Positions 49,068 to 63,640 of a DNA stretch of 64,000 bases are shown here, piece after piece. Every line of letters starts with the position of its first letter. The first letter of the stretch is position 1. The position numbers and the translations under genes are program-made. Source of the DNA: Eledone cirrhosa (Eukaryota); assembly GCA_964016885.1 (NCBI GenBank), contig OZ024756.1:30566001-30630000 (forward strand), written 5' to 3'. The notes beneath the pieces are model-generated. The model had not been told where the DNA came from. It searched no databases and saw only the letters and a program-made list of their open reading frames with translations.

Positions 49068-49612
49068 ACATCCTTACGGGGCGAGTGGTCGATAAAATAA
49101 AGTACCAGTCGCACAATGTGGTCGATCTAAACGACTTTCCCCTCCCCCCCAAATTACTGGCCTTGTGCCTATATAAGAAACCATTATTATTATCATTGTC
49201 AGATTGCCAGTATCGGTAAAGGGTCCGACGCCATGCTTTCCAGCATAGAATTACGGCCCTTTACATTCTGAGTTCAAATCCCGCCGAGGTTAGCTTTGCC
49301 TTTCATCCTTGCGCGGTCGATAAAATAAAGTACCAGTAATGCACTGGGGTAATTGCTGGCCTTGTGCCTAACGTAGAAACAATTATTATCATTGTCATTA
49401 ACATCTAAGTTTCATCTTCGTCGTCGTTGGTGGATTGGCAGTATCGGTAGAGAGTCGGACGCCATGCTTTGACGCATAGAGTTACGGCCCTTGCCATTCT
49501 GAGTTCAAATCCAGCCGAGGTTAACTTTGCGTTTCATCTTTACGGGATCGATAAAATAAAGTACCAGTAATGCACTGGGTAATTGCTGGCCTTGTGCCAA
49601 AAGTAGAAACAG
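49068..49612 (+). mobile_element. Cluster of three SINE family 1 copies
   Basis: Copies at about 49068-49183, 49203-49385 and 49432-49612, embedded in (ATC)/(ATT) repeats. Confidence 0.85.
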
Positions 49613-50003
49613 TTATTTATGTTCTCATCTTCATCAACTTCATCATTAACATCATCACAGTTCTAATTATTCATATCGACATCAACATCATCATAATCAC
49701 GATCATTATCATCACTACCTCGCTCTCCTTCCCCTTCCTCACCTCCTCCTCCACCTCTACCTCGTCCTCCTTATCATCCTCATCATCATCATTATCATTG
49801 TCATCATCGTCGTCATTGTCATCATCATCCTCATTAGTAGCAGTATTATCAGCTGATTATAAGCAAAACAACAACAGCTTCAGCAATACTTGTAGTAGTA
49901 GTAGTAGTAGCAGGAGCAGGGTTTAGATTGTAGTACTAGTGGTAGGACTAGAGGCAGTAGTTGCTGCAGCTGTAGTAGTAATAACAGCAGCAGCAGCAGC
50001 AGT

Positions 50004-50035
<32 letters not shown>

Positions 50036-50321
50036 TAGTAGTAAGAGCAGCAGTAGTAGCAGCAGCAGCAGCAGCAGCAGTAATAGTAGTAGTAGTAGTA
50101 GTAGTAGTATATATTTATAACAATGCCAATAGCAGTAAATAATAGATATACCACAATTTGTAAATTACAAAATATATTCGTTATTTGCGCAGTAAGACAA
50201 AAAATAATGATTTCTTTTTGTTAGTCAAACAAAAGAATTACGTAGGTAAGAATAGAGAAAATTGGAAGATGTCTTGTGTATATAAATTATATTTTGGTAG
50301 AATCGGTAGAGCTTATATAGC

Positions 50322-50367
<46 letters not shown>

Positions 50368-50474
50368 CCCCACAATTTCACACAGGACGAACGCCCCTAT
50401 ATTCTTTAGCGCCCACCCCAGAAAATTTTGTAGATATATACATAAGAAATTGCGTTGGTATATATAGATATATG

Positions 50475-50520
<46 letters not shown>

Positions 50521-50523
<3 letters not shown>

Positions 50524-50642
50524 CGAGGAATTGTGGTAAGAAACTAGATGGACCATTACGCACCAAAGTACTCAATACTTAGGGTAGTAGAGTGGGTAAT
50601 AGGAACATGTATGACCCCGACGGCAGAGCTCATACTTGCTCC

Positions 50643-50643
<1 letters not shown>
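50521..50643. mobile_element. Family B element, short right arm
   Basis: Tail on the left, body to GGCAGAGCTCA, then TACTTGCTCCT into (TA)n. Confidence 0.75.
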
Positions 50644-50674
<31 letters not shown>

Positions 50675-50913
50675 CAGTACAGAATAAGATGAACGATGGT
50701 GTGTCTTGCAGTATTGATAGAAACGTTCGTAAAACAAATTAAATAATGTCTTGAAAGTTAAAGCTGATTATATTATTCTTGTTATGTCATTGGAAATTAA
50801 CTAAAGGGATTAACCTCAGAACTGTCATTTGCTGCAAGACTATAAAATTATATTTGAACTTCGAATTACACTTTGCCTTATATGGAGGAGATATCAATTT
50901 GTCTAAACGTTTA

Positions 50914-50971
<58 letters not shown>

Positions 50972-51073
50972 GATGAGAAGAAAGAGGAATACTGCGTCGT
51001 TGCACATGGGTTACATATTATAAAATTAGTCCCTCGTCAGTGATTTGTCAACCATCATTCGTATTTCATCGCA

Positions 51074-51116
<43 letters not shown>

Positions 51117-51202
51117 AGTGTGTGTGTGTATATATATATATAAATATACATATATATACATACATATATATATACATATATATATATATGTAGATATATA
51201 TG

Positions 51203-51262
<60 letters not shown>

Positions 51263-51339
51263 TATATATGCATATATATCTATATATGTATATCTATATG
51301 TATATATATATGTATATATATATATGTATGTATATATGT

Positions 51340-51386
<47 letters not shown>

Positions 51387-51459
51387 TACATATACATATA
51401 CATACATATATATATATATATACATATATACATATGTGTATATATGTATATATATATGT

Positions 51460-51516
<57 letters not shown>

Positions 51517-51610
51517 TACATATACATATACATATATATATATATATATATACATATATACATATGTATATATATGTATACATATATATATATGTGTTTA
51601 TATATATATA

Positions 51611-51706
<96 letters not shown>

Positions 51707-51867
51707 CATATACATATACATACATATATAAACATATAACGTATACATGTGTTTACGGGTCTGTCGGTGTTTCTATGCACTTGTCTAATTGGTTTTTAAT
51801 TATATTTTTGAAACGTTTTCATTTCAACCCGTCTCAGAGGTATATAGAAGAGTAGGGAGAGAGGGGG

Positions 51868-51906
<39 letters not shown>

Positions 51907-52195
51907 ATAGAAGAGCATATACCTGAAAGAAAGAAACATCAACAGCAACACCTGCGGGTGCAACAACAGCAACTGCAATAGATGCAGCAACAGCAGCAAG
52001 CAGTAGCAACGTTATCAAAGTCTTATTTACTTTTTGTAAATAAACTTATTAAAAGATTAGTTCTTTAAACTCCTACGTGGAAGATTAAAAAAAAAAAGAT
52101 GACAAGGGGGTGGAGGTGGGGGACTATCAAAAGGTAGGAAAGATGGAGGGTGTGAAGATGATAAGAGGATGAGGGAAAAAGATGATGATGAATAA

Positions 52196-52985
52196 TTGTT
52201 TCTACTTTTGGCACAAGGCCAGCAATTATCCAATTGCATTACTGGTATTTTATTTTATCGAACCTCGTAAGGATGAAAGGCAAATTTAACCTCGGCGGGA
52301 TTTAAACAGAGGCCGCAAAGGGACGTAACTCTATGCTGGAGAGCATGGCGTGCGACCCTCTACCGATACTGCCAATCTGACAAAGATAATAATAATTGTT
52401 TCTACTTTTGGCACAAGGCCAGCAATTACCCCAATACATTACTGGTACATTATTTTATCGACCCCGTAAGGATGAAAGGCAAATTTAAACTCGGCAAGAT
52501 TTGAACACAGAACGTAAAGCGCCATAAATTCTATGCTGCAAAGTATGTTGCCCCACGCTCTACCGATTCTGTCAACCCACTGCCCTCAAAATCGACCCTT
52601 GTACGTTACTGGTACTTTCTTTTATCGACCTTGTAAGGTTGAAAGGCAAAGTTAACATCGGCGGGATGATAATAATAATATTTACCTGATTTAGCTATTT
52701 CTGATTTAGGCACAAGGCCAGTAATTTTGTCGGGTGATGGAAGTCGATTAAATCAACCCCAGTGCATTACTGGTACTTTATTTTATCGAGCCCGTAGGGA
52801 TGAATGGCAAAGCTAACCTCGGCGGTATTTGAACTCAGAACTCTATGCAACTAAGCATGTTGTTCGGTACTCTACCCATACTGCGAATTCAATAATGATA
52901 ATAATTGTTTCTACTATTGGCACAAGGCCAGCAACTGGTACTTTATTTTATCGACCACGTAAGGATGGAAGGCTAAGTCAACCAA
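52196..52985 (-). mobile_element. Cluster of about five SINE family 1 copies or fragments
   Basis: Repeated TTGTTTCTACTTTTGGCACAAGGCCAG..TTTATCGACC..GTAAGGATGAAAGGCAAA..CTCGGC units separated by (AAT)n. Confidence 0.85.
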
Positions 52986-53046
52986 TAATAATAGTAATAA
53001 TAATAACAACAACAACAGCAATAATAATAATAATAATAATAATAAT

Positions 53047-53556
53047 CTCAATCTTGTGGAACTTTAGCATCCAAACAGACCGAAAAATAGATGCAAATAG
53101 ACCTGATATAATATTGAAGGACTTTCAAAAGAGGGTATGCCTGCTAATTGATATGTCTGTTCCAATAGACAAGAATGTATCTATAAAAACATTTGAAAAA
53201 TTGAGCAAGTATAAGGACCTGGAGATAGAAATTGGAAAAATGTGGAAATTGAGAACTAAAACAATACCAGTGGTTGTAGGCGCTCTGGGAATGATACCTA
53301 AGGGGTCTAATGATTACTTATCGCAGATCCCAGGAAACCCGCGTATAGGAGAAATACAAAAGATAGTACTAATGGGAACTGCCCATATACTAAGGAAGAT
53401 CCTGTCAATATAAGTACATCACAAGTCTAAACACTAAAGATGCATGTGTGAGTATGTATGTTCTTCCTTAAACATGGCGGACGTTGTTGTCTCTTGAGGT
53501 CACTGGTTGTGACTTGGTGATAACTTGTATGAACATAAAGCAAGATAAATGCAACT

Positions 53557-53557
<1 letters not shown>
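53047..53557 (+). mobile_element. R4/Dong-like non-LTR retrotransposon 3' end (restriction-like endonuclease plus 3' UTR) in (TAA)n
   Basis: ILWNFSIQTDRKIDANRPDIILKD..LLIDMSVP..EKLSKYKDL..IPVVVGALG has the RPD..D..K..KY pattern of restriction-like endonucleases. Stop at 53413. (AAT)n on both sides, as known for Dong elements. Confidence 0.85.
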
Positions 53558-53608
<51 letters not shown>

Positions 53609-53850
53609 CAATAATAATAATAATATGAAGGAGAACAACAGCAACAACAAAAACTTGTAGAAGAACAAGAAAAAGTATGAAAGAAAGAAAAAGAAGAAGA
53701 AGAAGAAGAAGAAGAAGAAGAAGAAGAATGAAAGGTAAGAAGAAGAATGAAAGATAAGAAGAAGAAGAAGAAGAAGAGGAGGAGGAAGAAGAAGGAGGAG
53801 GAGGAGGAGGAGGAGGAGGAGGAGGAGGCGGAGAAGAAGAAGAAGAAAGA

Positions 53851-53912
<62 letters not shown>

Positions 53913-55064
53913 GTGTATGTGTGCGTGTATACGTGTGTGTTCAAAGTGTAATATTTCCTAACTAATCCAATCCTTAATAACGTACACTATAGTTTATAGA
54001 CTGCATGACTGTCAGATCATTTTTTTTTCTGCTTAACTTCATATGATTACCTGCCTAAACCTCCATCTTCTTTACATCAATATCTTATACATTACTCATC
54101 TAAGTTATGTAAATACTAATTTTATTTCACATAAATCTCGCCTCCATTGTCATCTATGCCTCTCCATGACGTACGACAATACGGCTTGTGGCCACCTATA
54201 CTATTAAGAACAACAACAGCAACAACAACAGCAACAACAACAGCAAAAAGATACAGCAACAGTTCAACGCTGTTAGCAACCACCATATTAGTAACATTAG
54301 ACACAAAACAAAAGCAACCATAACAACTCTTGATGGAGGTGTAGTGGTGTCGTCGTTGCTTAGGGGACGTGTTGATCATTTCGGCGTATTGATCTGGTGG
54401 ACTTCATCCGGCCCTAGGATGCATCCCTTTCCTGGACTCTGGCTATCTCTTCTACAAGAGCGAGAAAGATAGAGAGAGTGTGTGTGATAGAGAGATAGGA
54501 CTAAAATGAAAAAAATGAGAAATAGAGAGAGATGTAGAAAGAAGAAATGAGTTTAAGAGAGAGAGTGTGAGTAAAAGGGAGAGAGTGTCAGAGAGAGAGA
54601 GTGTGTGAGTGAGGAGGAGAGTGATGGAGAGTGACAGTGGAAGAATCGACTCCCACTACTCCCCACGTATTTTATTTATTGCCGATTTAGCCCCGTTTAT
54701 TTTCTCTCCCCTTTCACCCAGTTCTCTCCCATCTTTCATAAAACACGCTACACTGGCGATGCGTTTTTAAGCAGGAAGGAAGTAACCAGGAAAGGGTGCT
54801 TTCAATGACCTTCATACGAGAATCATCCAGAGCTTGTGTTGGGTCCAGTCTGGAATAACCTTAACCTGCAACCCTCTCCCATATTGAGAAAATATTCCTA
54901 GTCGACAATGCTTTTCTTTTGTGTTGTTACCACGGTTATTTATTACAATAATTTGGAAGGTCTTACCTTCGTTAATGCCTAACAATGCGTATGTCACCAA
55001 CAGCAATGTCAACAGCAGCAATGAATATAATAACAAAAAGGAGAGGAATAATGGTTTCTTAAAT

Positions 55065-55612
55065 AGGCATAAGGCCAGCAATTTTGGAGGGGGGCGGGGG
55101 AAAGTCGATTAAATAGACCCACTGCGTGACTGGTACTGTATTTCATCGATCCCGTAAGGATGAAAGGCAAAGTTAATCTCCGCGGGATTTGAACTCAGAT
55201 CATAAAAGTCCGTAATACTATGCTGCAAAGCATGGTGTCCGACCCTCTACCAATACTGCCAATCCACCGCCCTTAAAAGAAGGCGAATAATAATTGTTTC
55301 TACTCTAAGCACAAGGCCAGCTATGTGAAGGGATAGGGGAAATCGATTAAATCGACCCCAGTTCATTACTGGTACTTTATTTTATCGACCCTGTAAGGAT
55401 GAAAGGCAAAGTTAATTACAGCGGGATTTGAACTCAGATCATAAAGGGCCGTAACTCTATGCTGCAAAGCATGGCGTCCAAACCTCTACCGACACTGTCA
55501 ACCCACTGCCCTAAAAAAAGATGAATAATAAGTACAACAATAATAATAATAATTGTTTCTACTTTTGGCACAAGGCCAGCAAATACCCAGTACATTACTG
55601 GTACTTTATTTT
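55065..55612 (-). mobile_element. Cluster of three SINE family 1 copies
   Basis: Copies at about 55065-55272, 55292-55512 and 55552-55612. Confidence 0.85.
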
Positions 55613-55696
55613 ATAATAATAATAATATTAATATTTATGGTTTCTGATTCAAACATAATGGTTAATATTAATAATGACGATGATGATGATAACACC

Positions 55697-55758
<62 letters not shown>

Positions 55759-55950
55759 CAACAGTAATGAGGATGATGACAAGGAATTTCTTGTTGTTGA
55801 TAAACGATGATAATGATGAAGGTCATGATGCGATGAGGATGATAATGATGGTGACGACGGTGATGATGATGATGTGATGGTGATGGTGATGACGATGGTG
55901 ATGATGATGACGATGATGATGATGATGGCAACGACGAGGATGATGATGGC

Positions 55951-55985
<35 letters not shown>

Positions 55986-56805
55986 CGATGATCGTGATAA
56001 CCGGACAAAATGAAAAGTGTCAGACGAGGAGAAAAATAAAAGGTGAAAGGAGAAAAGAAGAAACAAAGACGAAGAAGAAAAAAACGTTGTTTATAAGAAA
56101 AGAAGAAAATCGAAGGAAAATAGAGAAAGCAAACATAAGAAACATTTTGGAAATGTTTTGGAAAATTGGATGATTAATGGCCTGTGGAAGAATAGAAAGG
56201 TGGGATATAAAAATGAGAAGAAAGCGTGTGAGAAAACGAAGAAAATTGAAAAGAAAAATAGGTACATAACAGGAAGAAAAAACATGAAGCTAAAGATAAC
56301 CACACGATTTGCAGAAGTAGGAAGCTTCAAAAGTTAGTAGGAGTATAATATTCATGGTATTTTAAAGTAGACATTCAATAATTTTAAGAAAAGAAGTGAG
56401 ATAATTTCAACGTGCCGACATCATATTAAATTTATTCTATAACCATTTTACTTTATAAATTGTGCGAATATATATATATATATGTGTATATATATGTGTG
56501 TGTATATATATATATATATATATGTGTGTATATATATATTTTCAAAACAAGATGGCGTAGGAGAGAACAAAGGAGAGGCACAAAACAAAGAAAAGAATCC
56601 CCAGTCACTGAAGAGGTCACAGGATGTGTAATGAAAAAACTTTGACAATATATGAACAACCGTCCGGTTATGGAACCAACCAACTAACCGGAAATTTACA
56701 AATTTCTTAAATTTATGAATTTAATTTCTAATAAATTGGAGTGAAAACAACTGGTGCATCTGTTTCTTATTGGCAACATGACCCTCCCGGAGTATAGCAA
56801 AAGTA

Positions 56806-56846
<41 letters not shown>

Positions 56847-56853
<7 letters not shown>

Positions 56854-57004
56854 TAACAGATTAAAGTTTAAGCAAATAATCGCTGCTTTCACCCTTTGGA
56901 TTTTAGTCTTCAAATTTATTATTATTACTATTATTATTACAATATATATATATATATATATATTGAAAAAGGTACTCAATACTTTGGTAGAATATAGGTG
57001 CGTT

Positions 57005-57051
<47 letters not shown>

Positions 57052-57170
57052 ATAATAATAAATTTGAAGACTAAAATCCAAAGAGGGCTTGATAAGGATA
57101 AATATATATATAATAAATATAAATATATATCAGCGATTCTTTGCTTAAACTTTAATCTGTTATTTTAATA
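56847..57170. mobile_element. Two family D inversion inserts and an orphan tail (56962-57008)
   Basis: 56847-56930 is an inverted body plus tail tip; 57048-57170 is an inverted tail part plus body end. Each lies between TA runs. Confidence 0.75.
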
Positions 57171-57171
57171 A

Positions 57172-57265
<94 letters not shown>

Positions 57266-57853
57266 GAATTATACAAGACTGAAACTGTTTTATTCGAATG
57301 AAACCATCGGGAATGTCCCAGTGTTTGAAAGAGAGATGTAAGATCGCCTTCAAATCTTTTCTTTAAATATTCAAACACAGTAGCCTCTTCGTGAATCCTG
57401 CATGAATATTATAAGTGATGTCTACAACATCTTTTCTCAGATGTCTTCTTTTAGTGTTTGGGTCTAGACTGGGGCTAGTAAACGGCAAAACACAACAACG
57501 GCAATAACAGCAACGGTAAACTAAAATTCAATAAGGGTGACGAAGACTGCAGAAAATCGGTTACAACAACATCAACATCAACAACAGCGACAACAACAAC
57601 AACAACAACAATAGAACGAAAAATAATACCCCCCCCCAAAAAAAAACCCCCCAAAACAAACAAACAAACAAACAAACAAACAAAAACTGGAACAACGTGA
57701 ACGACACCAGCAACAACAACAACACCATCCTCATGATTAGTCAGAACAATACCACACTCCACATTAACACACTCCACTTCTTCTACCTTCTCCTCATATT
57801 CCTTCTCCACCGCCACCCCTTCCTCCTCCTCATCCTCCTCCTCCTCCTCCTCC

Positions 57854-57886
<33 letters not shown>

Positions 57887-58017
57887 CCATCACCATCACT
57901 ATGATCGCCACCCTCCTCACCATCATCATCCTCACCGCCATCGCCACTATCTTCATCCTCATCAACAACAATAAACAACTACTACTAATGATGCTGCTGC
58001 TGCTGATGCTACTGCTG

Positions 58018-58075
<58 letters not shown>

Positions 58076-58154
58076 AAACACACACATCATCATTACATGC
58101 ATTCATCACAATATGTAAACATCATCATGGCCAACAACATCAATAACTACATTG

Positions 58155-58193
<39 letters not shown>

Positions 58194-58270
58194 CCATCCT
58201 CATCATCATGATCATCATCACCATCGTCATCATCATCGTCGTCATCAACAACAACAAAGACCACAAAAAC

Positions 58271-58301
<31 letters not shown>

Positions 58302-58848
58302 TACAACAATAACGACTATACTATGAAAGATTTACCATGTAAACTAAACTGCAGTAATGTGTGAGTAAATGTGTTTAGTAGTAATATATCGATTGCGACT
58401 AATCTTTCCCTGTCCTACAAAATCTCACCTCTCTATACAGAATACAGTGATAGACAGAAATCGATAGTTGCTATATGATGATGTAACAACGCTATATACT
58501 CTTATAGTGGAAATGACGTCACTACTCTGGGGGGGAAAATGGCTGACGATGGAAAATTTCGTAATAAAAATATATTGATTCATCATCAATTTTCTCATTG
58601 TTTTCGGGGTAATTAGAGAAGATAAAAAAAAATATGACATTAAGTATGTATGTTGTCCTTACAGTGGACGCAGCATGAGCAAATTCGCTATCCTTAGGGC
58701 CCCGGGATCGATCCCACTACGTGGTATCTTGAGCAAAGTTAAGATTTGTAGATAGAAACTGTTTAAAAGGTGGTTCCATGGACAGTACATGCAATTCAAA
58801 AGACCAAACTTACTTATTCCTTGCAATGCTTTACCAGCAAGCTAACGC

Positions 58849-58882
<34 letters not shown>

Positions 58883-58886
<4 letters not shown>

Positions 58887-59197
58887 ATAATAATAAATTT
58901 GAAGACTAAAATCCAAAGAAGGCTCGATAAGGATTAATATATATTAAATATATAAGAACCGTAGAGCAAATATTTATTAAAATAACAGATTAAAGTTTAA
59001 GCAAAGAATCTCAGCTTTCACCCATAACGGGATCTTCTGAAACTAATCTTAGATTCAGAAGATTGGGGCTAACCAAAGTAAGGTACTCAATACTTAGCAG
59101 AGTATACATATTTAATATAGTTTAATTCGGGAGAAATCATCAGAAAGCCCCTGATGATTTCTCCCGAATGAAACAGTTCTAGTCTGTTGAATCTATT

Positions 59198-59200
<3 letters not shown>
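58883..59200. mobile_element. Chimeric insert: full family D unit fused to a family C foldback
   Basis: D tail plus body 58883-59042, short foldback TCTTCTGAA..TTCAGAAGA, then C tail (59061-59120) and C body with CTGATGA (59151) and GAAAC (59170). Confidence 0.75.
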
Positions 59201-59253
<53 letters not shown>

Positions 59254-59717
59254 GGGGGGGGGGGGAGGCTGCAGCAGTTTCCCTTTACAAATTTTAGTCA
59301 CAAGTCAGTGGTCCACTAGTTGTTATTTTTGTTGTGGTTGCTTTTGTTTTGCAACTAATGTTACATTTATTGTGGTTGCTAACACCGTTGAGCTGCTATT
59401 GTATTTGTTGTTGTTGTTATTCTCAATGGTATAGGTGGCCATTAGCTGTGTTGTCGTGCGGAATCTACTAATCCTGTATTAGTTTTACATATAATATTTA
59501 AGTCATTTGGTAAAGCTACATCAATGGTCTAACAGTATTTGTCTTTCTATATATTACTTCGATTCAAACTGACATAATCTTCCTTTCTGATCATATATGA
59601 TCGATCAACAAGATCCCAAACCTCATTCGCTTGCCGAGTGGGGTGAACCTTGTCAAATCAGACCAAGGAGACTTTTGTTTTCATTGCTGATTCTACCAGT
59701 CGCGACTCCTTGGCAGA

Positions 59718-59837
59718 AAGAGCAACGTGAAATATAGTGCCTTCCTCAAGGACACAACGCATCATCCGCTCCAAGAATTGAACTCGTAACCTCACAATTG
59801 CGAATCCCACATTCTAACTACTAAGTGACGCGCCTTC
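59718..59837 (-). mobile_element. SINE family 2
   Basis: Homologous to 37450-37566. Confidence 0.75.
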
Positions 59838-60340
59838 TGATCATATACATGACGTATAAATGCAATATGTTGACTTTTAATAAACATGCACATAGTCTTG
59901 CAGTTATTAAAATAAGCTGTGGTCACATCACGGGTACATAATTATCCGTGTAAGATCACTATATACGTATAATATTTCAGGGTTTTTATGCATCTTCAGT
60001 AGACGTTTATATACTATGGTATACTGAGTTAAAAATAAATATCTTTCTACATATAGGAATTTAAAGAGCAGCAGACTGAAGATGAAACATATTTTATTTT
60101 TCCCATAATTGACGAAGCATGCGCACTGAAAAAGAATGTTTATCAGAAAAATATATTTCCTAACGTATTAACATTCTAGTTATGTTAATGGCTTCCAACT
60201 TTATTTAATATTTTTATATTAAAATCACAATTTATTTCAATTTGCTTCTGCTTCAATAAATATTTACAATTAATCATTTATTAAAGACGGAACACTTAGA
60301 AATATTTTAGAGTGGTGTTTGTTATCTTCATTTGCATATG

Positions 60341-60481
<141 letters not shown>

Positions 60482-60603
60482 TTATTTATCAGTGCGTCTG
60501 TTTCTGACCCTCTGTCTGTAATTGTCTGTGTGTGTATACAAATACATATGTGTGTGTGTGTAGACAATTACAGACAGAGGCTCAGAAACAGACACACTGA
60601 TAA

Positions 60604-60648
<45 letters not shown>

Positions 60649-60649
60649 C

Positions 60650-60723
<74 letters not shown>

Positions 60724-60750
60724 GTGTGTGTGTGTGTATGTGTACAATAT

Positions 60751-60889
60751 AGAAATTGATTCTACAGGACTAGAACTATTTCATTCGAAGGAAATCATCA
60801 GGAAAGCAGGGCTTTCTTATATTAAATATTTATACTCTGCTATGTATTGAGTAGCTTACTTACTGTGGCTACCCCCGATTGAACCTGGG

Positions 60890-60890
<1 letters not shown>
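60751..60890. mobile_element. Family C element: inverted body plus direct tail
   Basis: Same layout as 26367-26500. Minus-strand CTGATGATTTCCTTCGAATGAAATAG. Confidence 0.75.
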
Positions 60891-60977
<87 letters not shown>

Positions 60978-61613
60978 CATTTGCGGAAACGAAAGTATTA
61001 AGTCTCATCAATTTCCAATAGAGCCCATCCTATCATCCTCCTACTGTCGATTCTTCCTACCATACAGCCAGTCTTGTTTTGTATTACTTTGTCTTATATT
61101 ATTTCGTCTTTTTGTTTTCTCTTTTTAGATTACTCAATGCAATTAGAATAAAATTAAGAAAGCTTTATCACTTTGCGTTAGAAACAAATGTATTTTAAAA
61201 CAAGGAAACAAAACGTTTTCTTCATGTACTAGGTTTCATTTACATAAATTAGAAATGGGAGAGCAAATTCGATTTAACGCTAAAACGAGAAGCGATAATT
61301 TGCATAGTATTCTCAGATTACGCTGAGCATTATTTCAATTTGAATCAACAAAAGCCGAAGAAAATTAACGATATGCCAAGACACGCAGTCATCGACTTGG
61401 GAAGAAGCTTGTAATTATTCATACAATGTAATACCAGAAGGCGAACTTGTGTAGCTTAGGTTATGAGGTCATGAATTCAATTCCCTGCGGCATATTTGTG
61501 TGTACTTTTTAACAATAGTTTTGTTTTACACATTGCTCCAGTTCATTCGTCTGGCAGACAAGTGATATAACTGTAGTTCAATATACAGCCTCGCAGCCTT
61601 GGAACCCAGTCAA

Positions 61614-61818
61614 TCGTCGAGACATGCTGAGTCCCCTCGTCAAAGGTCGTGACATGCTGTGCCACCTTATCAAACGTCAAGGCACGCTGAGCCGCCTCGT
61701 CAAACGTCGTGACATGCTGAGTCACCTCATAAAACGACGTGACATGCTGAGCCGTCTAGTCAAACGTCGCGACACGCTGAGCCGCTTTCATCAAACGTCG
61801 CGACACGCTGAGCGTCAC
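61614..61818 (+). repeat. CpG-rich 30-bp minisatellite (~7 units) downstream of a decayed SINE family 2 head
   Basis: Consensus CGTCGTGACATGCTGAGCCGCCTCGTCAAA. Confidence 0.9.
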
Positions 61819-63527
61819 CAGAAAACTACATTAACGGTGCACGAGTTTTGTAGAACGTCCAACCACATGCCTGTTAATTTTCGGGCTTGCTATTCCATTG
61901 TTTGAACAAGTAAAACACACGTTGCCAGAACCGATAGAATTCCAGCATACAGTCACATGATTCATTAGAGTATTGCATCTGAGTTCAAATCCAGCTGGGA
62001 TCAACATTTCTTTTAATCCTTTTCGGGATTAATTATATAAAGTAACCCTGCCGGTTAGGGGATTGGGCAGAATCGTAAAAGCGTTAAACGAGATGCTTTG
62101 TTGTATTTCTAACAGCTCTTTGCCTTGTAAGGACAAATTCCAATGTAGTTCATTTTGGTGCTAGAATTTAGCCAGCACTGATTATAACACCACAATTTGG
62201 CCGCTCTTATAAACATTTGGGCTAGTTTTCATAATTAAAAATATCTTCCTCACTTAAAATTAAACTTAATCTGGGTCACCACAAATTTATATAAACCTTT
62301 CTCTGATGAAGTATGTTGGGTCCATTGCTACTTTACCATAGAGAAAATCAGCGCAATACTATTTGCTTAAGTGTAAATTCCTTGGAAGAGAAACGGTTAA
62401 AATCAAATTGTTCCTGAAGATTTATAGTCTTCAACATCAGTTAACAATTTTACAACAAATGTTGACCAAGATTACATTCCACCTGACTTTTATAGTTTCC
62501 CAATTTACAAATGCGTTAAATCAAAGATTGAATTTACAATTTTGTAACCTTGTGGAGGCAATGTCAATTTCGCTTGTTATTTATGGTCTACAAGTATTCA
62601 ACTTTAACACTCCTTTAACTACGACGGTGATTCGGCAGGAAATTCCATCACATTAATTTAAAACTCACCACTAAATTGTAAACGCATGGAAAGTAAAAGG
62701 GAAAGAGCCTTGATCAGCAAGGAATTAGAACAAATAGTATTTTACAAAGTAAGTCAACTAAGAGACAATAAAATTACATGTTTTACACTACATTCCAGAA
62801 CTATAATGATCTAGAAACGACAAACCAGAGATAGATGAAGATGGAGAGAATGAGAAACAGGTTGAGATAGAGAGAGAGAATGAAGGTAAGAGATGCAGAG
62901 AGACAGAGAGACAGATAGATAAATAGAGAAAGAAAGAATGAAATAAATATCTTGTATGCCTGGGGTCTCAAAACACGCGGCCCCAAAATTTCTTTGCTAC
63001 GGTTCGCAGCAGAACAATTTTCGAGACTAATATTTTCCTAATACTAAATAATTTGTCACTTTCTTAACAATGTTTATAATTAGATATATTACAAATTATC
63101 CATTATATATAATAAAAAGGAGAAAAATAAACGGAATTTCTCAGAAGTGAAAACAAAAATCAGAATTAAGGCCAATGTGAAACAAAGTTTATCTGCTGAC
63201 ATTTTGTACTAATTCACATATCCCACTTACTCTCACAGGTGTATTCATTTTGATGATAAATAACCCAATAGATAGCAGCCGATGATATAAGACCTGTGAA
63301 TAATTGTGAAACAAACTCTTTAACCATACTGCCAAGTCTGCATCTATTAATAGATAGATATATCACACCCCATCTCACTTTTGGTCTACTGTGCCTATCC
63401 TCTATGACGTAACGACACTTTTGGGTCCATCAGTTAGAGACACCTGCTGCAGATGACATAACGTGACTTTCTAGAATTCAGAAGAAAATCTCTCTTACAA
63501 CTAATATCAGGAGGCAACATTACCATA

Positions 63528-63640
63528 TGAGTTCATATCTCGCCGAGGTTAACTTGGCTTTTCATCCTTACGGGGTCGATAAAATAAAGCTCCAGTAATG
63601 CACTGGGATAATTGCAGGCCTTGTGCCAAAAGTAGAAAAA
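63528..63640 (+). mobile_element. SINE family 1, 5'-truncated
   Basis: GAGTTCATATCTCGCCGAGG..CATCCTTACGGGGTCGATAAAATAAAG..GGCCTTGTGCCAAAAGTAGAAA. Confidence 0.85.

Noticed and set aside
62363-62656. 97-aa non-repetitive ORF
   Set aside because: It has a non-ATG start, I recognised no motif in the frames I translated, and its length is compatible with chance.
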